A DNA stretch of 64,000 nucleotides from Candidatus Amphrikana amoebophyrae (GCA_030408475.1 JAUHQG010000010.1:81752-145751), one strand, 5' to 3'; counted from the first letter of the stretch, positions 46,695 through 55,809 are shown. Notes: a model not told the origin generated them from the sequence alone. Made by a program: numbers and translations.

Positions 46695-48800
46695 ATGCCC
46701 TCAAAAAGAAAAGCTCTTAACCTTGAAGCTCTTACGAAATCTCTAAAAGAATTAATCGAAGGAAGAAAGTACACCCCCCTTAATTTTAAGGAGATTGTGT
46801 GTAAGCTTAAACTCCCTCCGAAATATGAACAGCTCGTTCAAGATGCCATCACCTCTCTTATTTCTTCCCAAATAATCTATGATAAAAAAGGGAGATTATA
46901 TCCCGTAAACGCTCCAGAGAAAAATAGTTTCTCTACTGGCGTTGCCTCTGTTCACCCTAGAGGATTTGCCTTTGTTTCTATTGAAGGCGAAGAGCAAGAT
47001 TTGTTCGTACCCAAACCATGTACGAATGGAGCTGTTGACAAAGACATTGTCGAAGTTGAAATCGAAGCTAAAGTGTCCTCAAAAGGTCCCGAAGGTAAAA
47101 TTGTCAATATAGTCCAAAGAGCTAGAAGTGATGTTTACTGCGTAGTAGAAGAAAAATTCGATGAGAAAAGCTTCTACACCTTCTCCCCCCTTTTAGGAAT
47201 GGACAAAGATCTTATCGTTTCTGCCCCTAAAGAGAAGAAACTAAAACGAGGAGATCGAATTATTGCCAAAGTAACTGAGTGGGGGCAAAGTGATGAAGCT
47301 TGTTTTGGTAAATTAAAAGAAGTTATTGGCTCTATAGATAAAGCTGCCATCGATATAGATTGCGCCATTTTTGAGCACCACTTAAACGATAAATTTCCAA
47401 AAGGAGTAGTCGCCGAAGCTAAGAAATTTGGAAAGGCTGTCTCAAAGAAATTAGAAAAAGGGCGCATTGATTTAACTCACCTTGAAACTCTAACTATTGA
47501 TCCCACCACGGCCAAAGATTTTGATGACGCACTCTCTATCGATAAGGATAAAGAGGGTAATTTCAATCTAGGTGTTCATATAGCTGATGTTTCCCATTAT
47601 GTTACACCAGGAAGCGCTTTAGATTTAGAAGCTTTTAAGCGGGGCAATTCAACCTATTTTCCAGGACGTTGCGTTCCTATGCTCCCTGAAGAGCTTTCAA
47701 ATGAACTTTGCAGCTTAAAAGAGAATGTAGAGAGATTCACAGTTTCTATCTTGATGAAGATATGTCCAGATGGCCAAATCTTAGAGTATAAGATCACTAA
47801 AGCCGTTATTAAATCTAGAAAGCGATTCTCTTATGAACAAGCAAAAGAAGCTTTAGATGGTAAACTAAAAACTCCTCATTTACCTAAACTTGAACTTTTA
47901 GTAGAACTTTGCCATGTTTTTAAGAAACTTCGAAGAGCTAGAGGGAGTGTAGACTTAACTCTACCCGAAAATAAGATAGAAGTTGATGATCTTGGCAACC
48001 CCATCGGAATGAAAACTATTGAATACGATATCACTCACCAATTAGTTGAAGAGTGCATGTTAAAAGCAAATGAATTGGTAGCCACTCATTTAAAAAACAA
48101 GCAAGTGGGCGCCATTTATCGCGTACACGACTGTCCTGGTGCTGACCAACTCAAAGATTTACAATCTCTAGCTCTTATACTTGGGTTTAAGCTCCCCTCT
48201 GATCCAACACCTCATGATTTACAAAAGCTTTTTGATGACGCTAAAGAATCTCCATTGGTTTTTCAACTATCTGTAGCCTATATTAGAAGTATGAAACTTG
48301 CCATGTATAGCCCAGAAAACATAGGGCACTATGGACTTGCTTTAGATTATTACACACATTTTACTAGTCCTATTCGTCGCTATAGCGATTTAGTAATTCA
48401 TCGCCTTTTATTTGATCCAAAAAATGTTACAGATTTACAAGCTGTTTGTGATCATTGCTCTACGACTGAACGAGCAAGCTTCAAAGCAGAAATGCAAGTA
48501 ATACAAATGAAAAAGTTACGATTACTTGATCAGATGCAACATGACAACCCTAAAGCCATTTATAATGCAGTTGTTACTAAAGTGAAACCACAAGGAATTC
48601 ACTTTGAACTCGAAAATTCTATTACAGATGGATTTTTACATATATCAAATCTGAAAAAAGATTACTTCAACTTTGACTTTGAAAAAAATCGTCTCGTAGG
48701 TTCTAATTCAAACTATCAATATTACGTCACAAAAAAAATTGCCCTTAAAATTGTGGCCGTTGATCTCGTTGTTTTAGAAGTCGAGTGGAAAGTGGTTTAG
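46695..48800 (+). CDS. rnr: ribonuclease R
   Basis: 701 aa. RNB domain motifs (TIDPTTAKDFDDALS, HIADVSHYV, YFPGRCVPMLPE, GHYGLALDYYTHFTSPIRRYSDL) plus a C-terminal S1-like domain. Confidence 0.9.
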   Translation: MPSKRKALNLEALTKSLKELIEGRKYTPLNFKEIVCKLKLPPKYEQLVQDAITSLISSQIIYDKKGRLYPVNAPEKNSFSTGVASVHPRGFAFVSIEGEEQDLFVPKPCTNGAVDKDIVEVEIEAKVSSKGPEGKIVNIVQRARSDVYCVVEEKFDEKSFYTFSPLLGMDKDLIVSAPKEKKLKRGDRIIAKVTEWGQSDEACFGKLKEVIGSIDKAAIDIDCAIFEHHLNDKFPKGVVAEAKKFGKAVSKKLEKGRIDLTHLETLTIDPTTAKDFDDALSIDKDKEGNFNLGVHIADVSHYVTPGSALDLEAFKRGNSTYFPGRCVPMLPEELSNELCSLKENVERFTVSILMKICPDGQILEYKITKAVIKSRKRFSYEQAKEALDGKLKTPHLPKLELLVELCHVFKKLRRARGSVDLTLPENKIEVDDLGNPIGMKTIEYDITHQLVEECMLKANELVATHLKNKQVGAIYRVHDCPGADQLKDLQSLALILGFKLPSDPTPHDLQKLFDDAKESPLVFQLSVAYIRSMKLAMYSPENIGHYGLALDYYTHFTSPIRRYSDLVIHRLLFDPKNVTDLQAVCDHCSTTERASFKAEMQVIQMKKLRLLDQMQHDNPKAIYNAVVTKVKPQGIHFELENSITDGFLHISNLKKDYFNFDFEKNRLVGSNSNYQYYVTKKIALKIVAVDLVVLEVEWKVV

Positions 48801-48917
48801 AAATTAGTTTTTTTTAATGCTTTTAAAATTGCTAAATATCCCCATAATTTTAAAACTACCTCTTGCTTGCTAATTCTAATGTGCTCATAATGATGAGAAA
48901 CAACGAAATTGAGACCT

Positions 48918-49580
48918 ATGAAAAAATATTTCATCACTGGCCTAGTGATTCTTTTACCTTTAGCTGTCACAGTTGCCATCGCAACTTTTGTCGTGAATTT
49001 TCTTACCACTCCTTTTATTGGTATCGCCTCAAAATTCCTTAAAGAATATCACATCATTAATAGAGGATTCCTCGTTCTCTCTCCTGAACAACTTTTACTT
49101 TATGGATCTCAGTTACTCATCTTAATCGGCCTATTTATCATCACTGTCGTCTTAGGAATGATCACACGTTGGTTCTTTTTTAAAACTTTAATCTCGTATT
49201 CAGATAAACTTTTACACCGCATTCCTATTATCAATAAAGTTTATAAAACTTCTCAAGAGATCATTAAAACTCTTTTCTCTACAGACAAAAACGCCTTCAA
49301 ACAAGTTGTAATGGTCCCCTTCCCTCAAGCCGGAACATACGTAGTAGGACTTGTCTCTAGAGAATCTCCCGATGAATGTTCTAATGCAGCTGGTGAACCA
49401 CTTGTTTCCGTTTTAATCCCAACTACGCCAAACCCCACAACCGGCTACTTACTTATGTACAAAGAGTGTGATCTTATTCGACTCGACATGAAGCCAGAAG
49501 ATGCCATTAAATATATCGTCTCTTGTGGCGTTATTACTCCTGAAAAAGTTATACCCAAGATTGAGCCAACACGAGAATGA
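48918..49580 (+). CDS. DUF502 family membrane protein, copy 1
   Basis: MKKYFITGLVILLPLAVTV...IPIINKVYKTSQEI...PTTPNPTTGYLL pattern typical of DUF502. ATG at 48918 preferred over the TTG at 48909. Confidence 0.7.
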   Translation: MKKYFITGLVILLPLAVTVAIATFVVNFLTTPFIGIASKFLKEYHIINRGFLVLSPEQLLLYGSQLLILIGLFIITVVLGMITRWFFFKTLISYSDKLLHRIPIINKVYKTSQEIIKTLFSTDKNAFKQVVMVPFPQAGTYVVGLVSRESPDECSNAAGEPLVSVLIPTTPNPTTGYLLMYKECDLIRLDMKPEDAIKYIVSCGVITPEKVIPKIEPTRE

Positions 49581-50254
49581 AAAAGTACATACTAACAGGC
49601 TTAATGATCCTCCTGCCCATTGCTATCACCCTTTGGATTGTTCGCTTTTTCTTCGATATATTAACAGCTCCTTTTATTGGATTGATTAAGTTTTCTCTCA
49701 ATACGTACGGCTTTACGCCTGATCTTCACCCTGTCATCCTATTTTTTTGCAAAATCTTAGTCTTAATCATCTTTATCGCCCTAATTTGTATACTAGGCTT
49801 TATCGCTCATAAAATCTTTTTTGATTGGATTCTTAAATTAACCCATAAGCTCTTTTCTAAAATCCCCATTGTTAAAAGCATCTATAAAATCACTCAAGAA
49901 ATTATCAAATCAATTTTTTCTCCGGGAGCTAAACCATTTAAAAAAACCGTTATGCTAGACTTCCCTAACAAAGAATCGCGAGCACTTGGGTTTTATACTG
50001 GTGATGTCCCTCAAGCACTAAAAGATGCAGAATCTGAAATGAAACATAGCGATCTTAAAACTGTCTTCTTGCCCACCGCTCCACATCCTATTTCCGGCTT
50101 TTTACTCGTTTGCCCTAGTGCTAATTTAACTGATGTCAATATCTCCGTAGAGGAAGTCTTTAAAATACTCATTTCTTGTGGATCGTACCGCCCAGGTGAG
50201 GATACAGAAACTAACACTCAAGAGAAAAAAGATGCAAACCCAAACCCTAGTTAG
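49577..50254 (+). CDS. DUF502 family membrane protein, copy 2
   Basis: MKKYILTGLMILLPIAITL...IPIVKSIYKITQEI...PTAPHPISGFLL, collinear with copy 1. ATGA overlap. Confidence 0.7.
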   Translation: MKKYILTGLMILLPIAITLWIVRFFFDILTAPFIGLIKFSLNTYGFTPDLHPVILFFCKILVLIIFIALICILGFIAHKIFFDWILKLTHKLFSKIPIVKSIYKITQEIIKSIFSPGAKPFKKTVMLDFPNKESRALGFYTGDVPQALKDAESEMKHSDLKTVFLPTAPHPISGFLLVCPSANLTDVNISVEEVFKILISCGSYRPGEDTETNTQEKKDANPNPS

Positions 50255-50663
50255 AGTTATTTTTTTTCCAGCAAATAATCCAAATCAAAAAATGGCTGCC
50301 ATTTACAACTCAGCTCGCGATAACTTTGATAAGGGTCACAAACTAACTTTATATGTCGATAGCGATGCATCCCAAAATTTTGTCGATAAATTACTTTGGT
50401 CAACCCCGAATCAAAGCTTTTTACCTCACGACACCCTCGACCCATCAAATGAACTTATTGCCATTACTCGCAACTTAAATAATACCCATCAATCAAGCTC
50501 ATTATTTAATCTCAGCTCCAAACCTATACTCTCTTTTCACCCCTTAATTACCACCATTTTTGAACTCGAAGACAACACTTCTTCTCAAAAAAAAACAATC
50601 TCTAAAGAAAAATTTGACCACTATAAAGCCCTCGGCTTTCACATCATTCAGTCCTCTAGCTAA
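50232..50663 (+). CDS. holC: DNA polymerase III subunit chi
   Basis: HKLTLYVDSDASQNFVDKLLWSTPNQSFLPH and EKFDHYKALGFHI align by eye with E. coli HolC (KRVLIACEDEKQAYRLDEALWARPAESFVPH; ERYKAYRVAGFNL). 143 aa from the ATG at 50232. Confidence 0.65.
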   Translation: MQTQTLVRVIFFPANNPNQKMAAIYNSARDNFDKGHKLTLYVDSDASQNFVDKLLWSTPNQSFLPHDTLDPSNELIAITRNLNNTHQSSSLFNLSSKPILSFHPLITTIFELEDNTSSQKKTISKEKFDHYKALGFHIIQSSS

Positions 50664-50671
50664 AAAAGTAC

Positions 50672-50700
50672 TTGCATCATAGAGTTTTACTCTATATACT
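50672..50700 (+). promoter_or_regulatory. candidate strong sigma70/66-type promoter
   Basis: TTGCAT (50672-50677), 17 nt, TATACT (50695-50700), 30 nt upstream of the ATG at 50731. Confidence 0.4.
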
Positions 50701-50730
50701 ACCGTTATTCATTAATTGGAGCGAATCACT

Positions 50731-50898
50731 ATGGTCAGAATAAGTAAACAAGGCAAAAGAAGAGCAGTTTCTCCTTATAAAACTAAGTACCCAGCTGCTA
50801 AAACTGGTTCTAAAAAAGATAACTTGGCAAAAGGATACAAGGAACATGCAAATGTCTCACCTCTTTCTGCAAACACGTTCATTCCTAAGATTAAATAA
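50731..50898 (+). CDS. small, highly basic hypothetical protein (55 aa)
   Basis: MVRISKQGKRRAVSPYKTKYPAAKTGSKKDNLAKGYKEH... GGAG lies 10 nt upstream. K/R-rich. No family recognised. Confidence 0.4.
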   Translation: MVRISKQGKRRAVSPYKTKYPAAKTGSKKDNLAKGYKEHANVSPLSANTFIPKIK

Positions 50899-50912
50899 GT
50901 TAAGGTTAAGAA

Positions 50913-51071
50913 ATGTCTAGACACAGAAGTTACGGTAAATCAGGTAGCGGCGGCGCTAAAAGAAACGTTCTCAAAAGATTCGAAAGAATTGATGTACTAA
51001 AATCTATTGGAAAATGGAAAGATGGCGAGAACAAAAAAGTGACCGGATTACCTAAAACACCAGCTAAATAA
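50913..51071 (+). CDS. small basic protein (52 aa) of the type seen in Chlamydiae/Verrucomicrobia
   Basis: Hand-translated, below the ORF-track size cut-off: MSRHRSYGKSGSGGAKRNVLKRFERIDVLKSIGKWKDGENKKVTGLPKTPAK. Resembles from memory the roughly 50-aa 'small basic protein' of PVC genomes. Unverified. Confidence 0.5.
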   Translation: MSRHRSYGKSGSGGAKRNVLKRFERIDVLKSIGKWKDGENKKVTGLPKTPAK

Positions 51072-51087
51072 GGCTCATTGGAGATTC

Positions 51088-51534
51088 ATGGAAATCGATA
51101 TTGAAAATCTTCAAACCGATTTAAAACTGAATCTCCCTGCTATCAAATCACTCATCACCTTCACACTAAAGCATTTAGGTGTTAAATGTGATGAAATTTC
51201 TTTTCGCTTTGTTAGCGAACAAGAAATATGTCAAATTCATGCTGATCATTTTGACGACCCTTCCCCTACGGACTGTATCACTTTCCCTATGGATGATGAA
51301 GACTCTAATACTGGATATCGCCACCTGGGAGAATGCATCATTTGCCCTAAAGCGGCCATAGATTATGATGATAAAAAATCAGCCCATCACGAACTCTCCT
51401 TATATATAGTACATACTATTTTACACTTAGTAGGTTACAAAGACCTAATTGAGAGTGACATAAAAGTAATGCGTGCTCAAGAAAAGAGCTGTATGGAAGC
51501 TTTAGAGAAAAATAATCTAGTGCTTACTGACTAA
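51088..51534 (+). CDS. ybeY: rRNA maturation endoribonuclease YbeY
   Basis: 148 aa. Zn-binding motif HTILHLVGYKD (HxxxHxxGxxH-type) near the C-terminus. Confidence 0.85.
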   Translation: MEIDIENLQTDLKLNLPAIKSLITFTLKHLGVKCDEISFRFVSEQEICQIHADHFDDPSPTDCITFPMDDEDSNTGYRHLGECIICPKAAIDYDDKKSAHHELSLYIVHTILHLVGYKDLIESDIKVMRAQEKSCMEALEKNNLVLTD

Positions 51535-51592
51535 ATTCAAAATATGCTAATATAAAAAAAATAACCGATTAACCAATAAGTACTTTACCTTC

Positions 51593-52948
51593 ATGTGGAT
51601 AGAACATTTCATCCTCCCTGCACTATTTTTACTAGCTTCATCAGCTTTGTACGCCATTAGACTTGCCTTAGAAAACGCAGGCCTCATATCCAGCAGAGAG
51701 GAACTCAATCAACACAGAAAATATTACGCATTTTTTCACGTCATTCAAAAAAGTGATCGCTCTAGCCAATGGAGCTCGCTATTTGATTTTGTAAGACTTA
51801 CTAACCAAATCACTAGACTCGTTTACACAATTACTTCCCTTATATACTTCTTAAAAAATGCTCAGGGAATATTAGGCTACTCAATCAATAACAAAGATCT
51901 CCAAGTTACAGCTATTTGGGTAATCGCTTTTTTCTTTGTTATTTTACTTTTACAGCTTATTGTCGATCTACTGTTTTCTTTAATCAGCCGATCAACTCCC
52001 ATCAAAGCACTCAGAGTCTTTGCATGGTTTGCCACTCCTTTTTTAGTAATATTTTCACCCATTGTTTTATTAGTTTTAAAAGCCACTAGATTACTTAAGA
52101 AAAAGAAAAATGAAACTAAAGAGATGTCCAATGCCAGAGTCAAAGAAAAACTCTTAGAATTTGTTCAAGAAACAGAAATTAAAACCCTTCTCTCTCCACT
52201 GGATAGAAAATTACTCGTCTCTGTCGCCTCTTTTCAAGAAAGAGTTGTAAGAGAAGTTATGATCCCACGAATTGATGTCTTTAGTGTACCTGCTGATCGC
52301 AGTATTTATGATTGCGTAGAAGAATTTATCGAGGAAGGTTATAGCCGAATTCCTGTTTATGAAGATGATATCGATCATGTCATAGGCATTCTCCTTTTTA
52401 AAGATCTCCTCACATTCTATGCCCATAATATCGGTGATCATGAAATCGCAAAAACTACTACCATTAAGGAATTCATAAAACCTGCAATTTTTACTCCTGA
52501 AACAAAAAAAATATCCCACTTGTTACAAGAATTCAGAAACAAGCACTTTCATTTAGCCATCGTTGTTGATGAATATGGAGGAACCGAGGGGATTATTACT
52601 ATTGAAGATATCTTAGAAGAACTTGTAGGGGAAATTGAAGATGAATACGATGAAGGCGAAGACCTACTTTATATTGCCCAACCAGATGGTGGATGGATCG
52701 TTGATGGAAAAATGTCAGTTATTGATATCGAGCAAGAACTTCAAGTGAATATCCCTTCAACTGGTGAATATGAAACCATAGGCGGATACATCTTCCATAG
52801 AGCAGGTGCTATTCCAAAAAAAGGGTGGCGAATTCACCAAGATAATTTCTATATCGAAGTCGTTAAATCAGATGAAAAATCAATAGAAAAAGTTCGCATA
52901 ATCCCCACCTTAAGCGAAACTCAAACTGTCGAAGATGAAAACGCTTGA
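51593..52948 (+). CDS. hemolysin-family / CorC-type protein (DUF21-CBS pair-CorC_HlyC)
   Basis: N-terminal 4-TM DUF21, two CBS repeats (VREVMIPR...; HLAIVVDEYGGTEGIITIEDILEELVGEI), and a C-terminal CorC_HlyC-like domain. Confidence 0.8.
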   Translation: MWIEHFILPALFLLASSALYAIRLALENAGLISSREELNQHRKYYAFFHVIQKSDRSSQWSSLFDFVRLTNQITRLVYTITSLIYFLKNAQGILGYSINNKDLQVTAIWVIAFFFVILLLQLIVDLLFSLISRSTPIKALRVFAWFATPFLVIFSPIVLLVLKATRLLKKKKNETKEMSNARVKEKLLEFVQETEIKTLLSPLDRKLLVSVASFQERVVREVMIPRIDVFSVPADRSIYDCVEEFIEEGYSRIPVYEDDIDHVIGILLFKDLLTFYAHNIGDHEIAKTTTIKEFIKPAIFTPETKKISHLLQEFRNKHFHLAIVVDEYGGTEGIITIEDILEELVGEIEDEYDEGEDLLYIAQPDGGWIVDGKMSVIDIEQELQVNIPSTGEYETIGGYIFHRAGAIPKKGWRIHQDNFYIEVVKSDEKSIEKVRIIPTLSETQTVEDENA

Positions 52949-53004
52949 AAAACAAAATAAAATGATGCATCATGGTAGCAATTCACCCTACCCAAGGCTA
53001 AACC

Positions 53005-54912
53005 GTGCGTCGCTCTATTTGTTATTGTGAACCTAAATCTGCTCTAGCTGGATCTTCTCAAACTAGAAGATTTGTTTTTATCCCTTCACACAATTTACCC
53101 GCAAAAACAAAACTACTTTTTGATATGCAATCGGATGGACGTGATATCGAATGGGAGGTTCCTAATACTGATATGAAAATGGGGAAAAACACTATCTGGA
53201 TGGAACTCCCAAATGAGAAAAAAGTTGTAGCTACTTGCGTTGGTGAACAAGATAATCCAGCTAAATTTGAATTCACATTGCCTTCTGAAGTTCTTGAAGG
53301 TGAAAACCTCATTATTACAATCGGTGACACTAGTGAAGAACCAACCCCTTCTAACGGAAATAAAGCTCAAAATTATATCCAAAGAAGACGCCCTTTTTTA
53401 CTTTATATAGACATAAAAGGTAAGCGTGATTACAAAGAGTCTGAAAGCTTCCATCTAGATGTTAAAGGAAATAAGCTTCATAATATCAAAATTATTGCCC
53501 CTTCAATGCTTTCAAAAAACCAACGCTTTGATGTAGTGGTCCGTTTTGAAGATTGTTATGGAAACTTAACAGGCAATGCTGAAAATAACAGCTTAATTGA
53601 ACTCTCCTACGACCAACTAAGAGAAAACCTTAACTGGAAACTCTTTATTCCAGAAACCGGTTTTATCACACTCCCTAATCTCTACTTCAATGAACCAGGT
53701 GTTTACAAATTCAAACTAACAGATACTAATAGTGGCAAAGTATATTTTTCTGCTCCTATCAAATGTTTCCAAGAAACTCCAAATCAAATTTATTGGGGAC
53801 TTCTTCATGGTGAATCTCAAAGATATGACACTTTAGATAATATTGAATCTGCTCTTCGCTACTTTAGAGATGACAAATCACTACAATTCTTCTCAACTTC
53901 AAACTTTGAATCTGAAGATGAAACTAAAAATGATCAATGGAAAACTATTGCTAACCAAGTAGCCGACTTTAACGAAGACGAAAGGTTTTCAACTCTGTTA
54001 GGATTCCAATGGCTTGGAAGCATCCCTTCAGAAGGTCTTCGACATATTATATATGCTAAAGATAGCAAACCTATACTACGTAAAAAAGACACCAAATCTA
54101 ATTCCATTAAGAAGATTTATAAAAGTCACTCCCCTAAAGAACTCATCTCGATCCCCTCTTTTTCAATGGCAAAAGGACTTCACTACAATTTTGAAAGCTA
54201 CACTCCTGAATTCGAGCGTGTCGTCGAGATTTACAATGGATGGGGCTCATCTGAATGCTCTGAAAGTGAAGGAAACTTAAGACCTATTAAATCACAAAAT
54301 AATGTAGTTGAAATTGGTGATGGAAGTATTCGCAACGCTTTAGCACAAAACATGCGCTTTGGATTTGTCGCTGGTGGTCTTGATGATCGCGGAATTTATG
54401 AAGATTTCTACTCAAGCGACCAACAACAATATAGCGCAGGTCTCACTGCCATTGTTGCCCCTGAGCACACTCGTGATTCAATGATTCAAGCTTTATACAA
54501 CCGATCTACATATGCTACCACTGGTGAACGAATGGTCGTAGCCTTCTTTATTGCAGGCGCATCAATGGGTCAAGAGCTCTCCACTTACGCAAAACCTGGA
54601 TTAATGTATAATAGACACATTTCGGGCTTCATTGCAGGAACCTGTGATCTTGAAGAAATTCAAATCATTCGAAATGGCACTTTAATTCATACTATCAAGC
54701 CTGAAAGCACTTACTACTTTGAATTAGCCTATGATGACTCTACCCCATTTGAGGATATTGCTTTTAAACCTACCCAAGAAGATCAAGTTCCATATATATA
54801 CTACTATTTAAGAGTTATTCAAAAAGATGGTCATGTAGCTTGGAGCTCTCCTATTTGGGTTGACCAAATAACAACAAAGCCTCCCGAGCCAGTAAAACCT
54901 GTTAAAAAGTGA
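53005..54912 (+). CDS. PHP-fold / DUF3604-like protein with extra N-terminal domain
   Basis: 635 aa with a GTG start. The C-terminal 380 aa follow the DUF3604 pattern from memory (YWGLLHGESQ, GFQWLG, EIYNGWGSSE, GLTAIVAPEHTRDSMIQALYNRSTYATTGERM, YYYLRVIQKDGHVAWSSPIWV). The first His-rich motif is degenerate. Confidence 0.45.
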   Translation: MRRSICYCEPKSALAGSSQTRRFVFIPSHNLPAKTKLLFDMQSDGRDIEWEVPNTDMKMGKNTIWMELPNEKKVVATCVGEQDNPAKFEFTLPSEVLEGENLIITIGDTSEEPTPSNGNKAQNYIQRRRPFLLYIDIKGKRDYKESESFHLDVKGNKLHNIKIIAPSMLSKNQRFDVVVRFEDCYGNLTGNAENNSLIELSYDQLRENLNWKLFIPETGFITLPNLYFNEPGVYKFKLTDTNSGKVYFSAPIKCFQETPNQIYWGLLHGESQRYDTLDNIESALRYFRDDKSLQFFSTSNFESEDETKNDQWKTIANQVADFNEDERFSTLLGFQWLGSIPSEGLRHIIYAKDSKPILRKKDTKSNSIKKIYKSHSPKELISIPSFSMAKGLHYNFESYTPEFERVVEIYNGWGSSECSESEGNLRPIKSQNNVVEIGDGSIRNALAQNMRFGFVAGGLDDRGIYEDFYSSDQQQYSAGLTAIVAPEHTRDSMIQALYNRSTYATTGERMVVAFFIAGASMGQELSTYAKPGLMYNRHISGFIAGTCDLEEIQIIRNGTLIHTIKPESTYYFELAYDDSTPFEDIAFKPTQEDQVPYIYYYLRVIQKDGHVAWSSPIWVDQITTKPPEPVKPVKK

Positions 54913-55094
54913 TGGATGCTTTTTTCACTACTTTTGCCATAGCTTTTATCTTAATTGCACTTTCCATTATTGGCCTTGCCATAGGAAAGCTCATTACGGG
55001 TAAAACAATTAAACTAAAAAGATGTGGCAAGCCAGAATGCAAGAAAAAATCCTCTTGCGGACTTTGTGAAAATAAAAAAAAGAATAGCAAGTAA
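54912..55094 (+). CDS. small Cys-rich membrane peptide, NqrM (DUF539)-like
   Basis: 60 aa. One N-terminal TM (FFTTFAIAFILIALSIIGLAIG), then four Cys (CGKPECKKKSSCGLC) and a basic tail. The ATG overlaps the upstream stop (TGATG). Architecture matches NqrM as I remember it. Confidence 0.35.
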   Translation: MDAFFTTFAIAFILIALSIIGLAIGKLITGKTIKLKRCGKPECKKKSSCGLCENKKKNSK

Positions 55095-55157
55095 AGTGCT
55101 CTCTACACTTACTAATAAATACTAACCACTGAATCCAGCTTTTAGTCCAATCTGCGA

Positions 55158-55586
55158 TTAAGCCTTCTTAGCGTCTGCAGGTAGTACATTTGTAGGACTT
55201 GGAGCACCACAACTTGCTTGTGATCTACTCCGAGTTGCTGTTTGAAGTAATAGCAATACTTCCATATCAGCACGTGAATCGGGACGTGGTGTTGTTTCGT
55301 TGTGAATCCATCCTATTGGGTACACTGTTGGATGCCCACAAGGTTCAAATCTGAGAAGATTAGCAATTACACTACCTAAATATGCTATTGGCCCCACCCA
55401 ATCAGAAGAAGGAGCACGAGGGGAATGCTCAACAGTTGAATGTCTACCATCACCCAAACCAGTTAACTCAACAAAGGAACGAGTTGGCTTTAAAGGAGAT
55501 AGTCCTGAAGCCTCATCACTTCCACCATCAAAACATATTCTATCACTTGCTACTGTCTTTAAAGCTAATGCTGATGCTGATGCCAT
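55158..55586 (-). CDS. orphan hypothetical protein (142 aa), compositionally atypical
   Basis: The ORF has A/T-biased third codon positions on the minus strand, which supports coding. The product is G/A/S/P/R-rich. About 46% G+C in a hand-counted 100-nt sample against about 36% in ordinary coding sequence here. No family recognised. Confidence 0.5.
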   Translation of the reverse strand: MASASALALKTVASDRICFDGGSDEASGLSPLKPTRSFVELTGLGDGRHSTVEHSPRAPSSDWVGPIAYLGSVIANLLRFEPCGHPTVYPIGWIHNETTPRPDSRADMEVLLLLQTATRSRSQASCGAPSPTNVLPADAKKA

Positions 55587-55800
55587 AATTTTAACCTTAT
55601 TGTTATTTCATACTATTTCGAAAGGACATTTTAAACACATTCTACAAAAATTTGAAAGAAAAAAATTAGAGCTATACTAATTAAAATAAACAATACCCAT
55701 TTACATCATGCTCATTAATAACAGCTTCCACTATATTCAATAAATTACTTTAATCTACATCTTAACAATAAATTTAATTTACGTCAATATTAGGTTAATA

Positions 55801-55809
55801 TGATATAAT
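55801..55809 (+). promoter_or_regulatory. extended -10 element (TGaTATAAT) upstream of 55899
   Basis: tgatataat at 55801-55809, about 90 nt upstream of the ATG. The -35 region is poor. Confidence 0.25.

Noticed and set aside
52962-52973. The 12-bp perfect palindrome atgatgcatcat just downstream of the corC/tlyC-like gene.
   Set aside because: Too short to be significant. No loop and no T-run, so not a convincing terminator or operator.
55340-55362. aaggttcaaatctgag resembles a tRNA T-loop (GGTTCAAATCC).
   Set aside because: The flanking bases do not form a T-stem (aagg / ctga are not complementary) and no acceptor or anticodon arms can be drawn. It lies inside a CDS.
55100-55620. A relatively GC-rich island with ORFs on both strands (55158-55586 minus, 55382-55588 plus), flanked by AT-rich DNA. 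It looked like a possible structured RNA gene (RNase P RNA, tmRNA or 6S).
   Set aside because: Minus-strand codons show consistent A/T bias at third positions, as in real genes here. I could not find RNase P (GAGGAAAGTCC-type) or tmRNA (tag ORF, 3' tRNA-like CCA end) hallmarks on either strand. Kept as a CDS and flagged as a finding instead.
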